Made by a program: the position numbers and the translations under genes. Positions 13,209 through 26,053 of a stretch of 64,000 nt of DNA are shown piece after piece. How positions within the stretch are numbered: position 1 is the first letter of the stretch; the number at the start of each line of letters is the position of its first letter. Under the pieces are notes generated by a model, which was given only the letters and a program-made list of their open reading frames with translations, was not told the origin of the DNA and did no database searches. Origin of the DNA: Octopus vulgaris (Eukaryota); assembly GCA_951406725.2 (NCBI GenBank), contig OX597835.1, forward strand, positions 25,172,001 to 25,236,000, in the 5' to 3' direction.

Positions 13209-14684
13209 GTAAAAAGGAGGATTCTTTTTTTTTTTGTGGAGAGAAGTGGTTTGTTTTGGCTAGAATTTTAAAGAATTTTATTAGCAGTGGAGACTTTAAT
13301 AATTGCTTTCTCTTAATAAAAGTTACTCTAAGCTAATTACTAAACGAGTTTCTTTAGGCGTGACTCCGTGGCAAGACGTTTGTTCCCAGTTACATGGTTC
13401 CGAGTTCAATTCCTCTGTGTGGAACCCTGGGCAAGTGTTTCCCTTTGTAACCCCGGGCCGACCAAAGCCCTGTAAGTGGATTTCATAAACAGAAACTGAA
13501 AGAAGCCCATCATGTACGTGTGTATGTTCCCCACTGCCGTTTGACAACCGATGTCCTTGTAATTTAGCGGTTCAGCAAAACATTGATAGGATAAGTACCA
13601 GACCTTAATAACAATAATAATAATTAATTCGTTTATTGGCCACAAGGGCTAACAAAAATCAATTAAAACATAAAGGGACAAGACACAGGACGAAAGTTAT
13701 AAAGGGTTTTTGTCCGTTTGAAAAAAGTCCGTATACAAAAGCAGGATAACAACGAAAAATAAGTAACAATTAAAACTGCCAATAGGGGGAGGCGCTTCGT
13801 AAGGGTTACTCGTGGAAAAACCCATAAAAGCCACGGGAGCCTAAAACAAGTAGTGGGGGTGGGTCAATTTATTCGACTAAACCCTTCATGCTTTGGGCAA
13901 GTGTCTTCTACTATAGCCTCGGGCCGACCAAAGCCTTGTGAATGGATTTGGTAGACGGAAACTGAAAGAAGCCCGTCATATATATGTATATATATATATA
14001 TATATATGCGTGTCTGTGTTTGTCCCCCTAGCATTGCTTGACAACCGATGCTGGTGTGTTTATGTCCCCGTTACTTAGCGGTTCGGCAAAAGAAACCGAT
14101 AGAATAAGTACTGGGCTTACAAAAGAATAAGTGCCGGGGTCGAGTTGCTCGGTTAAAGGCGGTGCTCCAGTATGGCCGCAGTCAAATGACTGAAACAAGT
14201 AAAAGAGTAAAGAGTAAAAGAGAGTAAATAATTTCATTGTTGAACACTTTGGAACTGGCATAATTCTTTCAAGTTGTGCAACTGAAATACAACGCCAGCA
14301 ATATTCCACTTAATTATGAACATCTTAGACTTAATTATTCTCGTCACTTTATTGGCTTCGTGACAGGTGTTTTGCGTTTCGTAGCGTTGAGATGTTCTGG
14401 CAGTTTTCAAAATAATCAGCGACCCAAGAATTATAAACGTGCTTGTTTTACACTTTCGCAAATTTATCTTCTCTTTTAGTTTCCTGAACAAACACATGGT
14501 AATAATCTTAATAATAATAATAATAATCCTTTCTACTACTGAACAAGACCCGAAATTTTGGAGAAAGGAGCTTGTTGGGCCTACCTCCACCCCCTTTCCC
14601 GCACGTGTTTGTTTTTTCATAACTTGCAGAAAAAATGGTATTTTTAAAGAAACTTTCAACAAATGTGTTTTAAATGGTGTAGAT

Positions 14685-15188
14685 CAGTGGTTCCCACCCC
14701 CCTTTTTTTTAGTTTTCTCACGGACCCCTATTAACATGCTTATCCTTATATATATGCGAGTACGTGGTATATGCAAAGTATTAGTAGACCCTCGGGGAAG
14801 GAAAGAAAGGTGGTTTTATGTTTCGAGCAAAGCTCATGAAATTTTGAATTTAGTTCACGGACACCCTGTACTACCTTTGCGGATAATAGGTTGGGAACCA
14901 CTTATTTCTTTTATTTAGCCACTCAGGGCTCAACATGGAGGAGGCATCACAAAGATGGACAAATTAACATACAGTGCGATGACAGAGAGACGATAAATAT
15001 AATGAAATCGAATAAAAATTCCAACAAAATCGAATAAATAATTAAGAATCAACTTTCTATCGCCATGTTGGTTCACCCATCGTCGTTATCCGGCGTATCC
15101 TTTTTTGTCGTAGGAGGGCTGCATTAGACATTTCCATTTACTTGCAGCTTTCGTACCACGTTTGTCCATCTTAGGTTGGGAACCACTG
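14685..15188. mobile_element. hAT (Charlie-like) MITE
   Basis: TIR CAGTGGTTCCCA / TGGGAACCACTG, imperfect 8-bp TSD GTGTAGAT / ATATAGAT, and an extra internal right end near 14890. Confidence 0.65.
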
Positions 15189-15221
15189 ATATAGATTCTA
15201 ATTATATCAATTTATGATACA

Positions 15222-15673
15222 AAAATTTTTCCGTGGGTGGGGAGGAAGATTTCGGAAAATTCACACGAATTAGCTTTGTTTCCTCATAACTTAAAAAAAA
15301 TGGCGAGTTTTTTTTTAATGTAATTTTCAGTAAATACTATTCGGAGTGTGTAGATTACGATTATATCAGAATTTAACACGGGAAAAAATTGATTAGCTCG
15401 TATACACATATATACTGACACACGTCACATATATCCATAAAATGAAACTTGAAATTTCAAAAGAAATTGTGACGTGTGTCGGTATATACGTGTACGACCC
15501 GAACCAATTTTCGTTTTTGTACTAAATTCCTATACAGTCGTAATCTACATACTCTGAAAAGTATTTGTAGAAAATTTCATTAAAAAAATACCCATTTCTC
15601 TGAAATTTATGAGGAAACAAAGCCGAATCGTGTTAATTTTTCGAAACTCGTCTCCCCACCCACAGAAAAAATT
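15222..15673. repeat. Long inverted repeat (foldback element core), arms about 205 bp
   Basis: 15222-15429 is the imperfect reverse complement of 15468-15673 (…GACACACGTCACA / TGTGACGTGTGTC…). Confidence 0.8.
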
Positions 15674-17239
15674 TTTTTTTTTCAGAACAAAATGTACACT
15701 ATCTGAAACGTATTTGTAAAAAAAAATTCATTAAAAAAGGATTGTTTTTCTGAAAGTTATCAGAAAACAAAATCGTGGTGTGAGGAATACACTTGTGTAG
15801 GTATGCCACTCCAGTGTTCAATTGATATTTATTTTATCGACCCTGAGAGAATGAAAAACAAAGTCGACTTCGGTGAGATCTGAACTCAAGACGTAAAGAT
15901 GGATGAAATACAGCTAAACATTTTGTCTGACGTGTTACAACGATTCTGCCAGCTCTCCGAATTCCTCCTCGTTAAGGCAAAATGGCAGGCAATTCTGAGA
16001 GCAAGTCGATAACATCGACCCCAGTGTCCAACTGGTACGTATTTTATCGACCTCAAAAGGTTGCAAAGCAAATTAGAACTCAGAATGTAAAGAGACTCAA
16101 TGCCACTGAGCATTTTTGTCCGATGCACTAACGATTCTCGCCGCCTCAATAATAATAATAATAATACTGTCTACTATAGACAGAAGGCCTGAATTTTTTT
16201 GGGAGTGGGGGCGGTAGATGATCACATCAACTATTCGTTTAGTACTTATTTTATTAACCTCTAAAGAATGAAAAGCAAAGTCGACTGCGGCGGGATTTGA
16301 ACTCAGAACGGAAGGACGAACGAAATACTGTTAAGCATTTCGCCCGGCATGCTAACGATTCTGCCACGTCGCAGCCTTTCTGTTTGGCGAGGCACAAGGC
16401 CTGAAATTTTGCGGGTAGGGTTAAGTCGATTACATCGACCCCAGTGCGTAACTGGTACTTAATTTATCGACCCCGAAAGGATGAAAGGCAAAGTCGACCT
16501 AGGCGAGATTTGAACTCAGAACGGAAAGACGGACGAAATACATGATACCGATTTTGCTTAGCGGAAATAATGTCAAACAAATGGTTTCGCGTACAGCAAG
16601 GTGAATTTTTTTTTTACCAGTGTTCGGCTCGTATTGTCTAATTTTTATAGCAGCAAATACGTTTATATTAAGGAACATCAACTTCATGAAATAAATAAAC
16701 TATTACGAATGGAGCAAAAGCTTGGGAGTAAATTATCGCTGGAATATCTCCAGTAGTTAAAATTAAACGGTACGCTATACTCCTTGATCGTCAAATGCTT
16801 TTATAAATACTGCTTGATGTTACATAACTGTGATATATTATTATATCTCTAAACATATCGTTTTACAAAATAAATATTATGTCCTCCGAAGGTATTCAAT
16901 AGTGAAAATATGAAAGTTAGGATCGTAAAGCTCCCGTTTCAACTTGTCAAACCATTACGTCCACCGGCTGTTTATGTTACAAAGTTTTGCATTGATGAAA
17001 AGAAGGGGTATATAAGAATGAAAGAAGGTCTGTTTGTGCTATGAACTTCTCAAAATTTTCGTGTGTGTGTGTGTGTAGGTATACCTACACAAGTGTACCC
17101 TCTCACCAACTTGCTTCCTCGTACCTTTCAGAAAAATGGGTATTTTTTAATGAAATATTCTACAAATCCCTCTCAGATTGTATTAGATTAAGATTGGTGT
17201 CAATTAAACACACATACACACTGATAAACAGCTCATAAT

Positions 17240-17560
17240 TGTTTCAAAATTTCAAGTTGTCCTGGATGATTTTGTATGCAGAACCATGACTGATTTGCAG
17301 AGAATATACCAGAACCATCTCCAAGCTTGTTGAATTGGTGCAGATTGATGAGTATCTTGTTCCATCTTCGTGCTTTACACTTGTCCAACCATTCTTTTAA
17401 CTTGCCAATCCACTCATACACACTTTTACATGACAGAAGGCTATCCCAATACTGTATTGAAAGGCTGTGATGAATTTCAGCACCTGACACACCTTCAGAC
17501 CAAGGAAATCAAATCACTGATCCTTATTCTTCCTTGGTGCACACTGTCGGTAGAGTAGCC
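17240..17560 (-). mobile_element. Mariner transposase N-terminal HTH fragment, degenerate
   Basis: GVSGAEIHHSLSIQY.DSLLS.KSVYEWIGKLK resembles the mariner paired-like HTH. Confidence 0.7.
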
Positions 17561-18149
17561 ATGTTTAAACAAGAAAGAAAATTGGAGGAATCCTGCTCAG
17601 ATCTTAAGGCAGTGAGCTGGCATAATCGTTAGCATACCAGGTGAAATGCTTAGCAGTATTTCGTCTGCCTTTACGCTCTGAGTTCAAATTCCATCAAAGT
17701 CAACTTTGCCTTTCATCCTTTTGGAGTCAAAAAGTTAAGTACCAGTTGCGTAGTGGGGTTAATCTAATTGACTGGCCCCCTTCCCCAAAATTTCGGGCCT
17801 TGTGTCTAGAGTAGAAAAGAATACAGCTCAGACCTTGCTTACGTAACCACAAAAGTACCACCTTTTACTGTACACGTGCTGAAAGCAGTACAACCACCTA
17901 AAGAAAGTTTTAGCAAAAGTGCAGATAATTTTTCACTTACTCATGTGCATGTGTATATATATATATATATATATATAATGTAGCTATTCCAATTTCGTAT
18001 GTAGTTATATAGGCGTCTCTGTCTGAAGAATTTCTACTAGTGAATTTCTTACATGTTTATCTTACATGTACAATTTTGTAATTCCTGTTAGCAAATAAGA
18101 CATGTGCAATGGTGAATAAATAATACCAAAACATTTTTCTAACTCCTTG

Positions 18150-18197
<48 letters not shown>

Positions 18198-18372
18198 TAC
18201 AAGGTCTAATATCTACTCTTATCAGTTTAAAAAATATGTATATATATACATACATAAGGAGTAATAAAATACCAACAGCGAAGTCTCTGGTTGCCAATAC
18301 TAGAGTTATTGGCAGTGCACCAGATCTTTTCACTGTTTTGGCCATTTAAGTTCCATATGTCTCCATCTGAGC

Positions 18373-18797
18373 CAGGGCCAGATTAAGACTCATCGAGGCC
18401 CTGGCACTTAAAATATATTGGTGCCTCCGTAAAAGACAATGTAATTCAAAATATAAACAATAACAAGCCATAAAATAAATTTTTATTTTTCAAAATGAAA
18501 CTAAACAACAAGAGGGAAAATAATGTTTATTTTTGCGTACTTCTACTTTATTTATATTTGAAAAATTTCCTCCTACTTTTTTGAATTGCAAAGTCTTTGA
18601 TCAGATCCTCAACATTAATCTTTGGTAACACATCTGCATCTATACTTAGCAGAGATAAAGGCATCCTGAATATTATTTTAGCAAGTTTAAAGTGATTTCT
18701 TTTGTGCCGTAAACCATCTACCATTTCTGTGGTACCCTCTCCTTCCCTTGATGCCCTAAGCCCATGCTTATTTTGCTTAATGGTTAATCCAGCACTG
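18373..18797 (-). mobile_element. hAT deletion derivative with perfect 8-bp TSD and transposase C-terminal remnant
   Basis: TIR CAGGGCCAGATTAA / TTAATCCAGCACTG, TSD ATCTGAGC on both sides. Minus strand encodes LSLLSIDADVLPKINVEDLIKDFAIQKSRRK (hAT dimerisation-domain tail). Confidence 0.85.
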
Positions 18798-19425
18798 ATC
18801 TGAGCTAATCAGTACTGCTTCAGATACTCAGATCGGTACCTTCTCTAATATTTACTTGCCAATTTAGGCACTGTCCAACATAAACCAACTTCCACTGCCA
18901 CTCAACTCTCTCTCTCTCACTTTAAACAGAATGCAAGAACTGTTTGTGTTAGGCATGGCTGTGTGGTAAAAAGTTCACTTCCCAACCACATGGCTCCAGG
19001 TTCAGTCCCATTGTGTGGCACTTTGAACAATATAGCTCCTGGGCCAACCAAAACCTTGTTAACGGATTTGGTCGACCCAAACTGAAAGAAGGCCGTCAAA
19101 TATGTATATGTGTATATGCATGTCATTGTGTTTGTCCCCACTCCCACCACTTGACAACCAATGTTGGTTTATTTACATCCCCATGACTTAAAAGTTCAGT
19201 GAAAAGAGACCCATACAATAACTACTGGGGTCAATTTGTTCAATTAAACCTTTCAAGGCCATGCCCAGCGTTGTTGCAACCTAGTGACTGATACAAGTAA
19301 AAGATAAGAGATATGCACCCGTTTTCTATTTGTGACTATTAAAAGGCTTTTTTTTCTTCTTAAGACAAAAAAAAATCTCTGAATATTTAAAACAAAATTG
19401 TATTGTATGTAGATATGTGTGTGTG

Positions 19426-19471
<46 letters not shown>

Positions 19472-19928
19472 CTTTGAATGTAAAATGTGACCCCTGTTTC
19501 AGAGTAATTATATATTTTATATGAGGGACATTACAAAGGTTTTTAGCTAATTGCATATTCTGTGTGGGAAATTTTACTGTCCTGTTTTTTGCCTCCAGAG
19601 TGATTGTGTACATAGGTTTCTTTATTTGTATGTATGCGTGTGTATATATATATATATTGTGTGTGTATGATGAACTCAATTCACCACCTCTTTTAAGACA
19701 ATTATATAACAATATCTTTTGTTATGTGTCTATAATAACTAGACACCTTTGTATTTTTGTGTAGATGTTTGTAATGTATATGAGAGTGTGTATGCATTCA
19801 AACAAATACACTATACACATGTGTACATTTATGTGTATAATTATATATATATATATATATAAGCTTGTATATGCATATGATTATATATAAGTATACATTT
19901 ACAAATGTACATGCACATACAAATACCT

Positions 19929-19959
<31 letters not shown>

Positions 19960-20151
19960 CACTATTTTGTTTTTACTATCATTTTTCCTTGTTATCATGG
20001 GTTAGGTGAATATATTATTGAAGCACTGTTTTGCAGCCAGGTGCTTTTCATATCACTAACACATCTTCAGAGAACAATTTGTTGAGAAAGAAAAAAATAA
20101 CGTCACTCATGGTTTTGTTCAGAAAATTAGAGGTGTAAACACACACACACA

Positions 20152-20274
<123 letters not shown>

Positions 20275-20284
20275 TACATGCATG

Positions 20285-20318
<34 letters not shown>

Positions 20319-20790
20319 TATGATGAGCTTCTTGCAGTTTCTATTTGCCAAATCTACTCATAAGGCTTTGATTGGCCCAATTTGCCATCCTGTGGAACTG
20401 AACCTGAAACCTCATGGCTATGTGGTAAGAAGCCTGCTTCCCAGCCACATGGTTCTGGGTTCAGTCTCACTGCATTGCACCTTGGGCAAGTGTCTTCTAC
20501 TATAGGCTTGGGCCAACCAGAACCTTGTAAATAGATTAGGTTGATGGAAACTGAAAGAAGCCCATTGTATACATATATATGTATGTATGTATCTTTGTGT
20601 TTATGTCTCCACATCACTGCTTGACAACCAGTGTCAGTGTGTTTACATCCCCATAACTTAGCAGTTCAGCAAAAGAGACCAATAGAATAAGTACTAGGCT
20701 TTAAAAATAAGTCCTTGAGTCAATTTGTTCAACTAAAACCCTTCAAGGCAGTGCCCCAGCATGGCCTCAGTCAAATGACTGAAACAAAAT

Positions 20791-20825
<35 letters not shown>

Positions 20826-21156
20826 GCACCATCATCATTTAATGTCTGTTTTCCATCCTGGCATGGGTTGGACAGTTTGACAGGAGCTGGCAAGCCAGAG
20901 GGTTGCACCAGGTTCTGGTCATGTTTTGGTATGGTTTCCCTGGCTAGATGCCCTTTCCAATGTTAATCATTTTACAGAGTGTACTGGGTGCTTTTTTAAC
21001 GTGGTACCATTACAGGTGTTTCATTATGTGATGCTGTCACAGGTGCTTCTCATTGTGCACATGTATAATTCTCCATTTTATTTAAATTGTCTTACACACG
21101 TTCTCTCTTTTTTCTCTATCTCTATACATACACACTGTGTGTGTGTATATGTATAC

Positions 21157-21560
21157 TCTTTTATACTCCTTTACTTGTTTCAGTCATTTGACTGTGGCCA
21201 TGCTGGAGCACCGCCTTTAGTCGAGCAAATCGACCCCGGGTCTTATTCTTTGTAAGCCCAGTACTTATTCTATCGGTCTCTTTTGCCGAACCGCTAAGTG
21301 ACGGGGACGTAAACACACCAGCATAGGTTGTCAAGCAATGCTAGGGGGGACAAACACAGACACAAACACACACACATACATATATATATATTCATATGTA
21401 CGACAGGCTTCTTTCAGTTTCCATCTACCAAATCCACTCACAAGGCATTGGTCGGCCCGGGGCTATAGCAGAAGACACTTGCCCAAGGTGCCACGCAGTG
21501 GGACTGAACCCGGAACCATGTGGTTGGTTAGCAAGCTACTTACCTCACAGCCACTCCTGC
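21157..21560 (-). mobile_element. Full-length, low-divergence family A SINE
   Basis: Nearly identical to 28585-29000 and the reverse complement of 1718-2100. CpGs retained. Confidence 0.85.
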
Positions 21561-21571
21561 ACCTGTATATG

Positions 21572-21616
<45 letters not shown>

Positions 21617-22089
21617 GTGTGCTAGTGTACCTGCACTACATTAATAAATTAGTCCATTCATTTAAAACAAAAAATAGACAAAAATGTGGGGAGGTCGAGA
21701 ATACATAACAGCTCCTTACACTCTGATATTATCTTGACCTCCAGGTCACTGCTGAAGAATAAAAATAAGAATTATAAAAGATTTCTTTTACTATTATGTT
21801 GTAAATTATTATTGTTGTTGTAGTTGTTATTATCATCATCATCGTTGTCATTATTTCTCTCTTTGTTTGAAGACATAACCGAACTTCTAATTTCTGTGGC
21901 TGACAGCACAGGAACAACATCAGGGTGGCAGTTAATATGGGTGGGCGGACTGGACTGAGAGACGTAACTGGGGTACTAAGCAGAATTGTGTTGGGTTTTG
22001 TTGTATTGAAGGAGTTTAAAAGCATTCAGCTTTTGTCTCTTTATGCTACAATAGCTTAACTTCCTCCACCTCTGAATACCTTATATACA

Positions 22090-22130
<41 letters not shown>

Positions 22131-22916
22131 GCATACATACATAGAAGCCAACATCTACATTGACCTTAAACTGTCGACAATGTATTTGGCATAGTCTGTA
22201 CCCTCTTCCTTCTTTCCCCTGCTTTTATGCTTCTATAACAGGTGTCTGGCATTTGGGTTTAAAGGAAGGAAATTTTGTTATTGTCTTCTTTTTTTGTTTT
22301 TAACATTCTATCAGGTGTGTGTGTGTAGTCTATGCAAAGGTATATGCATGTGTGTGATTGAAAAGAAGTTACAGAAAAAATTGCTTCCAAACATTTTTTG
22401 ATCTTTCTAGATTAAGTATTATATAACATTATGCTATTTGTTTCATTTTGTTCATTCATTCATTCATTTTACATCCAATGTATCATGCTAGCATGGGTTA
22501 GATGAATACTTATTATGGTGTCGTTATTGCCAGATGCTCTTCCTGTCACTAACCTTTACCTGTTTTCTATACATCTTTGAATGTATAAAAGCTAACAGAT
22601 GATTTGTTTTGTTTTCGACAGGGACTAAAAACAAGCTTCACCATTTGTAGCTCTGCACTTTTTCATGTAAAGCACAGAATGCAAACATTCATACACACTT
22701 GTACATGCATGCATACATACACACGCAAAACTGTGTGTGTGGCTGTGTGGTAAGAAGTTTACTTCCCAACCATATGGTTTTGGGTTCAGTCCCACTGCAC
22801 AGCTCTCTCAACAAGTATCTTTTACTATATAGCCCCCTAGACAATCAAAGCCTTGTGAATGAATTTGGTTGGCAGAACCTAAAAGAAAACCATCATGAAT
22901 GCATATATTTATGTGA

Positions 22917-23255
22917 AGGTGTGTGGCTTAGTGGTTAGTGTTGAGCTCACAATCATGAGGTAGTGAGTTTGATTCCCAGATCAGGCTGTGTGTTGTGTTC
23001 TTGAGCAAGACACTTCATTTCATGTAGCTCCTGTTCACTCATCTGTAGAAATGAGTTGTGACATCACTGGTACCAAGCTGTACCAGCTTTTGCCTTTCCC
23101 TTGGATAACATCGGTGGCATGGAGAGAGGAAGCTGGTATGCATGGGCAACTGCTTGTCTTCTATAAACAACCTTACCTTGACTTGTGTGCCTTGTAGGGG
23201 AACTTTCTAGGTGCAATCTAATGGTCATTCATGTCCGAAGGGGTTCTTTACCCTA
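22917..23255 (+). mobile_element. Further tRNA-headed SINE family
   Basis: GTGGCTTAGTGGTTAG..GAGTTTGATTCCC head followed by TTCTTGAGCAAGACACTTCA. Related reversed copies at about 31610-31895 and 32640-32860. Confidence 0.6.
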
Positions 23256-23470
23256 TTACACAAAATTGGTTATACTATATGAAATTAATCTCAGTTTCTG
23301 AAACTACCTATGTATCAATTAACAAGCCAATGAGGGTGCTTCTTCATGGTTATTCAACCTATAAGAAATAGCAGCTAAATCTCATTCAAAAACATTGCTC
23401 CAATCCATTTTTCACTTGTGGTACACTTATATACTTTTCAAAATTTGGCTGCACACCTGAACTAAAAATA

Positions 23471-23672
23471 CAGTAATCTCTCAACTATCACAGGTGTTAC
23501 ATTCCACCACCACCCCTGTGATAGATGAAAATCTGCAAAGTATTGTATATTTTTTATTATTTGTATACATTTTTTAAAAAATTATAAATGTAAAACAACA
23601 CTACGGAGGAATTGACGTAAGCTTAAATGATAAACCCTGATAGGTGACCCACAATATGGCAAGGGATTACTG
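23471..23672. mobile_element. Tigger/pogo-like MITE
   Basis: TA|CAGTAATCTC ... GGGATTACTG|TA. Confidence 0.7.
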
Positions 23673-23854
23673 TATAACTAAAAGTATAGGAAAAACAATT
23701 ATAATCAGGTTACACAGTGGCACACAGCAGCATACCAGTTGCAGGGCACTGCTGTAAAACATAAAAAGGAGAATAGAAGGATATATTGGATCATGCTGTC
23801 CTCAATGTACTCTGCCTGAACAGACAGAAAAAAGTTGCAGTTGAGACACTTTAA

Positions 23855-24051
23855 CCCTTTTGTTACCAACCCGGCTGAAATCAGCTCTGGCTCTGAGTAC
23901 AAATGTTTTCATAAGTTTTGAATTAAAATCTTACACCAAACCTTAGTCACAATTTATGTTGCTAACACTAGCTGAATGATAACTAAGTTGTTTTACAAAG
24001 TAATTGAAAGAAACACAGAGCATCTCAAAATAAATACAGTAACAGAAAGGG
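23855..24051. mobile_element. piggyBac-like MITE
   Basis: TTAA|CCCTTTTGTTAC ... GTAACAGAAAGGG|TTAA. Related CCCTTT-ended elements at about 24058-24650, 26145-26385, 45120-45345, 48415-48590 and 62248-62470. Confidence 0.75.
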
Positions 24052-24797
24052 TTAAAACCCTTTAGCATTCAGATTATTCTGTTAAATGCAATGTTTATTC
24101 ATTCACATTGTTTAGAATTAATCGTGTGTTATCTTGTAGCTTCAAATGTTTGATGACATGGTAGTTTATTTTTAGAATGACAATGTAGGGTAGATGTGAG
24201 GGGTCAAATTTGACCAGTTTGAACATAAAGCAGGTGTAATATTTTAGCAGAAACATTAGCACACCGGCGAAATGCTTCGCAGTATTTCGTCTGTCTTTAA
24301 GTTTTAAGTTCAAATTTCGCCAAGAAATAGAAAAGAGATCTTCAAGAGAGATATGAGACCTACACAGTCTAATAACTGAAACATACAAAAGAAAAAAAAA
24401 ACAGACGCTCTTATTTTCACACACGAACACCAAACCATTCCATGTAATCATTAAACAATTTGATCTTGTGCTCTCTGGAGAGTTCTTTATTTATATTTTC
24501 ATCCTTTCGGGGTTGACAAATTAAGTTCCATTTGTGTACTGGGGTCGATCTAATCAACTGGCCCCTTCCCCCCCAAAAATTTCAGACCGTGTGCCTAGGG
24601 TAGAAAAGAATATTTCGGCTGGATGTAGAGCTGGTTTAAATACTGAAGGGTAAAGCATTGTCTGCTAGGTCAAGACTAACCTAGCATTAAACTCTAACTA
24701 CAGACTGGGCAGTAGAGAACACATCGTAGGACCAGACTGTCACACTGCACTGTCCAACCCTATGATAACCCACTTGTTGTGTGCCTGGGTGCAAAGT

Positions 24798-25556
24798 CTT
24801 GGTCTCTACTATGTGGAGCTGTATAGCAGGTGTACCTGGTGTGCGCATCGTACCTAGGCAATCACTAAATGATTGCTTGACTTGCTAGAAATAGCAACAG
24901 TCTACTTCAACTCACACACTACCATCTTAATGAATAAACAGCTATATTGGATAATGTAGTCTTAGATAGATACAAAGGGTTGCTGAAAAGTCTCTGGCTT
25001 TAAGAGTATTGCAAAAGGCCTGGTTGGAGGCCTAACCTTGCAAGTTCTTTCTTGGTCTCTACTATGTGGAGCTGTATAGCAGGTGTACCTGGTGTGCGCA
25101 TCGTACCTAGACAATCACTAAATGATTGCTTGACTTGCTAGAAATAGCAACAGTCTACTTCAACTCACACACTACCATCTTAATGAATAAACAGCTATAT
25201 TGGATAATGTAGTCTTAGATAGATACAAAGGGTTGCTGAAAAGTCTCTGGCTTTAAGAGTATTGCAAAAGGCCTGGTTGGAGGCCTAACCTTGCAAGTTC
25301 TTTCTTGGTCTCTACTATGTGGAGCTGTATAGCAGGTGTACCTGGTGTGCGCATCGTACCTAGACAATCACTAAATGATTGCTTGACTTGCTAGAAATAG
25401 CAACAGTCTACTTCAACTCACACACTACCATCTTAATGAATAAACAGCTATATTGGATAATGTAGTCTTAGATAGATACAAAGGGTTGCTGAAAAGTCTC
25501 TGGCTTTAAGAGTATTGCAAAAGGCCTGGTTGGAGGCCTAACCTTGCAAGTTCTTT
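24798..25556. repeat. Near-perfect tandem triplication, 253-bp unit
   Basis: Units start at 24798, 25051 and 25304 (CTTGGTCTCTACTATGTGGAGC...). Only one difference noticed (CTAGGCAAT vs CTAGACAAT). Confidence 0.95.
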
Positions 25557-25846
25557 TACAGGGCTTAGAAAAACTGAGGGGCTGCTGCAATAAGTGTGTG
25601 AGTCTGAGAAGGGGAATATGTTGCATAAAACCATAATTAACTGAGCCTCCTGTATTTTCTGTTATCCAAAGCCAGGAACTTTTCAGCACCCCCTCATATA
25701 CTGTGTCTGAATAAAAAGCACGGGATGGTCATGGTTGGAGCATTTATGATCACATGTGGGGCTAAACAACAACACTGGATTATCTGTTTATGCATCAGGG
25801 GTTCTCCTACTTGATTTAATCCAAGCTGGCTTAGGTACCATAAATT

Positions 25847-25899
25847 CTGCTGCTGCTACTACTACTACTACTACTACTACCGCCAACACCGCCACCACC

Positions 25900-25946
<47 letters not shown>

Positions 25947-25959
25947 CGCTACTACTACT
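25847..25959. repeat. Compound (CTG)/(CTA)/(CCA) trinucleotide microsatellite directly upstream of the exon 2 acceptor
   Basis: Direct reading. Confidence 0.9.
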
Positions 25960-25976
25960 GGTCTTTGTCTCAACAG

Positions 25977-26053
25977 AAATAGAGATGTATGAGAAGCTGA
26001 TTAACGAGCAGCACCAGGAAAATTCTTTACTTGAACTCAAAATATCTCAAATG
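25977..26053 (+). CDS. CCDC172: CCDC172-like exon 2 (EIEMYEKLINEQHQENSLLELKISQM)
   Basis: Acceptor ctcaacag|, donor ATG|gtaagt. Phase 1 in, phase 0 out. Open and heptad-like. Confidence 0.8.

Noticed and set aside
14274-14367. AG/GT-bounded open segment in intron 1 (VVQLKYNASNIPLNY...)
   Set aside because: No coiled-coil character, weak splice sites, and not required by the gene model.
16650-16728. Possible extra CCDC172 exon (SKYVYIKEHQLHEINKLLRMEQKLG)
   Set aside because: The available acceptors do not give this frame in phase 1; the phase-compatible frame hits a stop, and the gene is complete without it.
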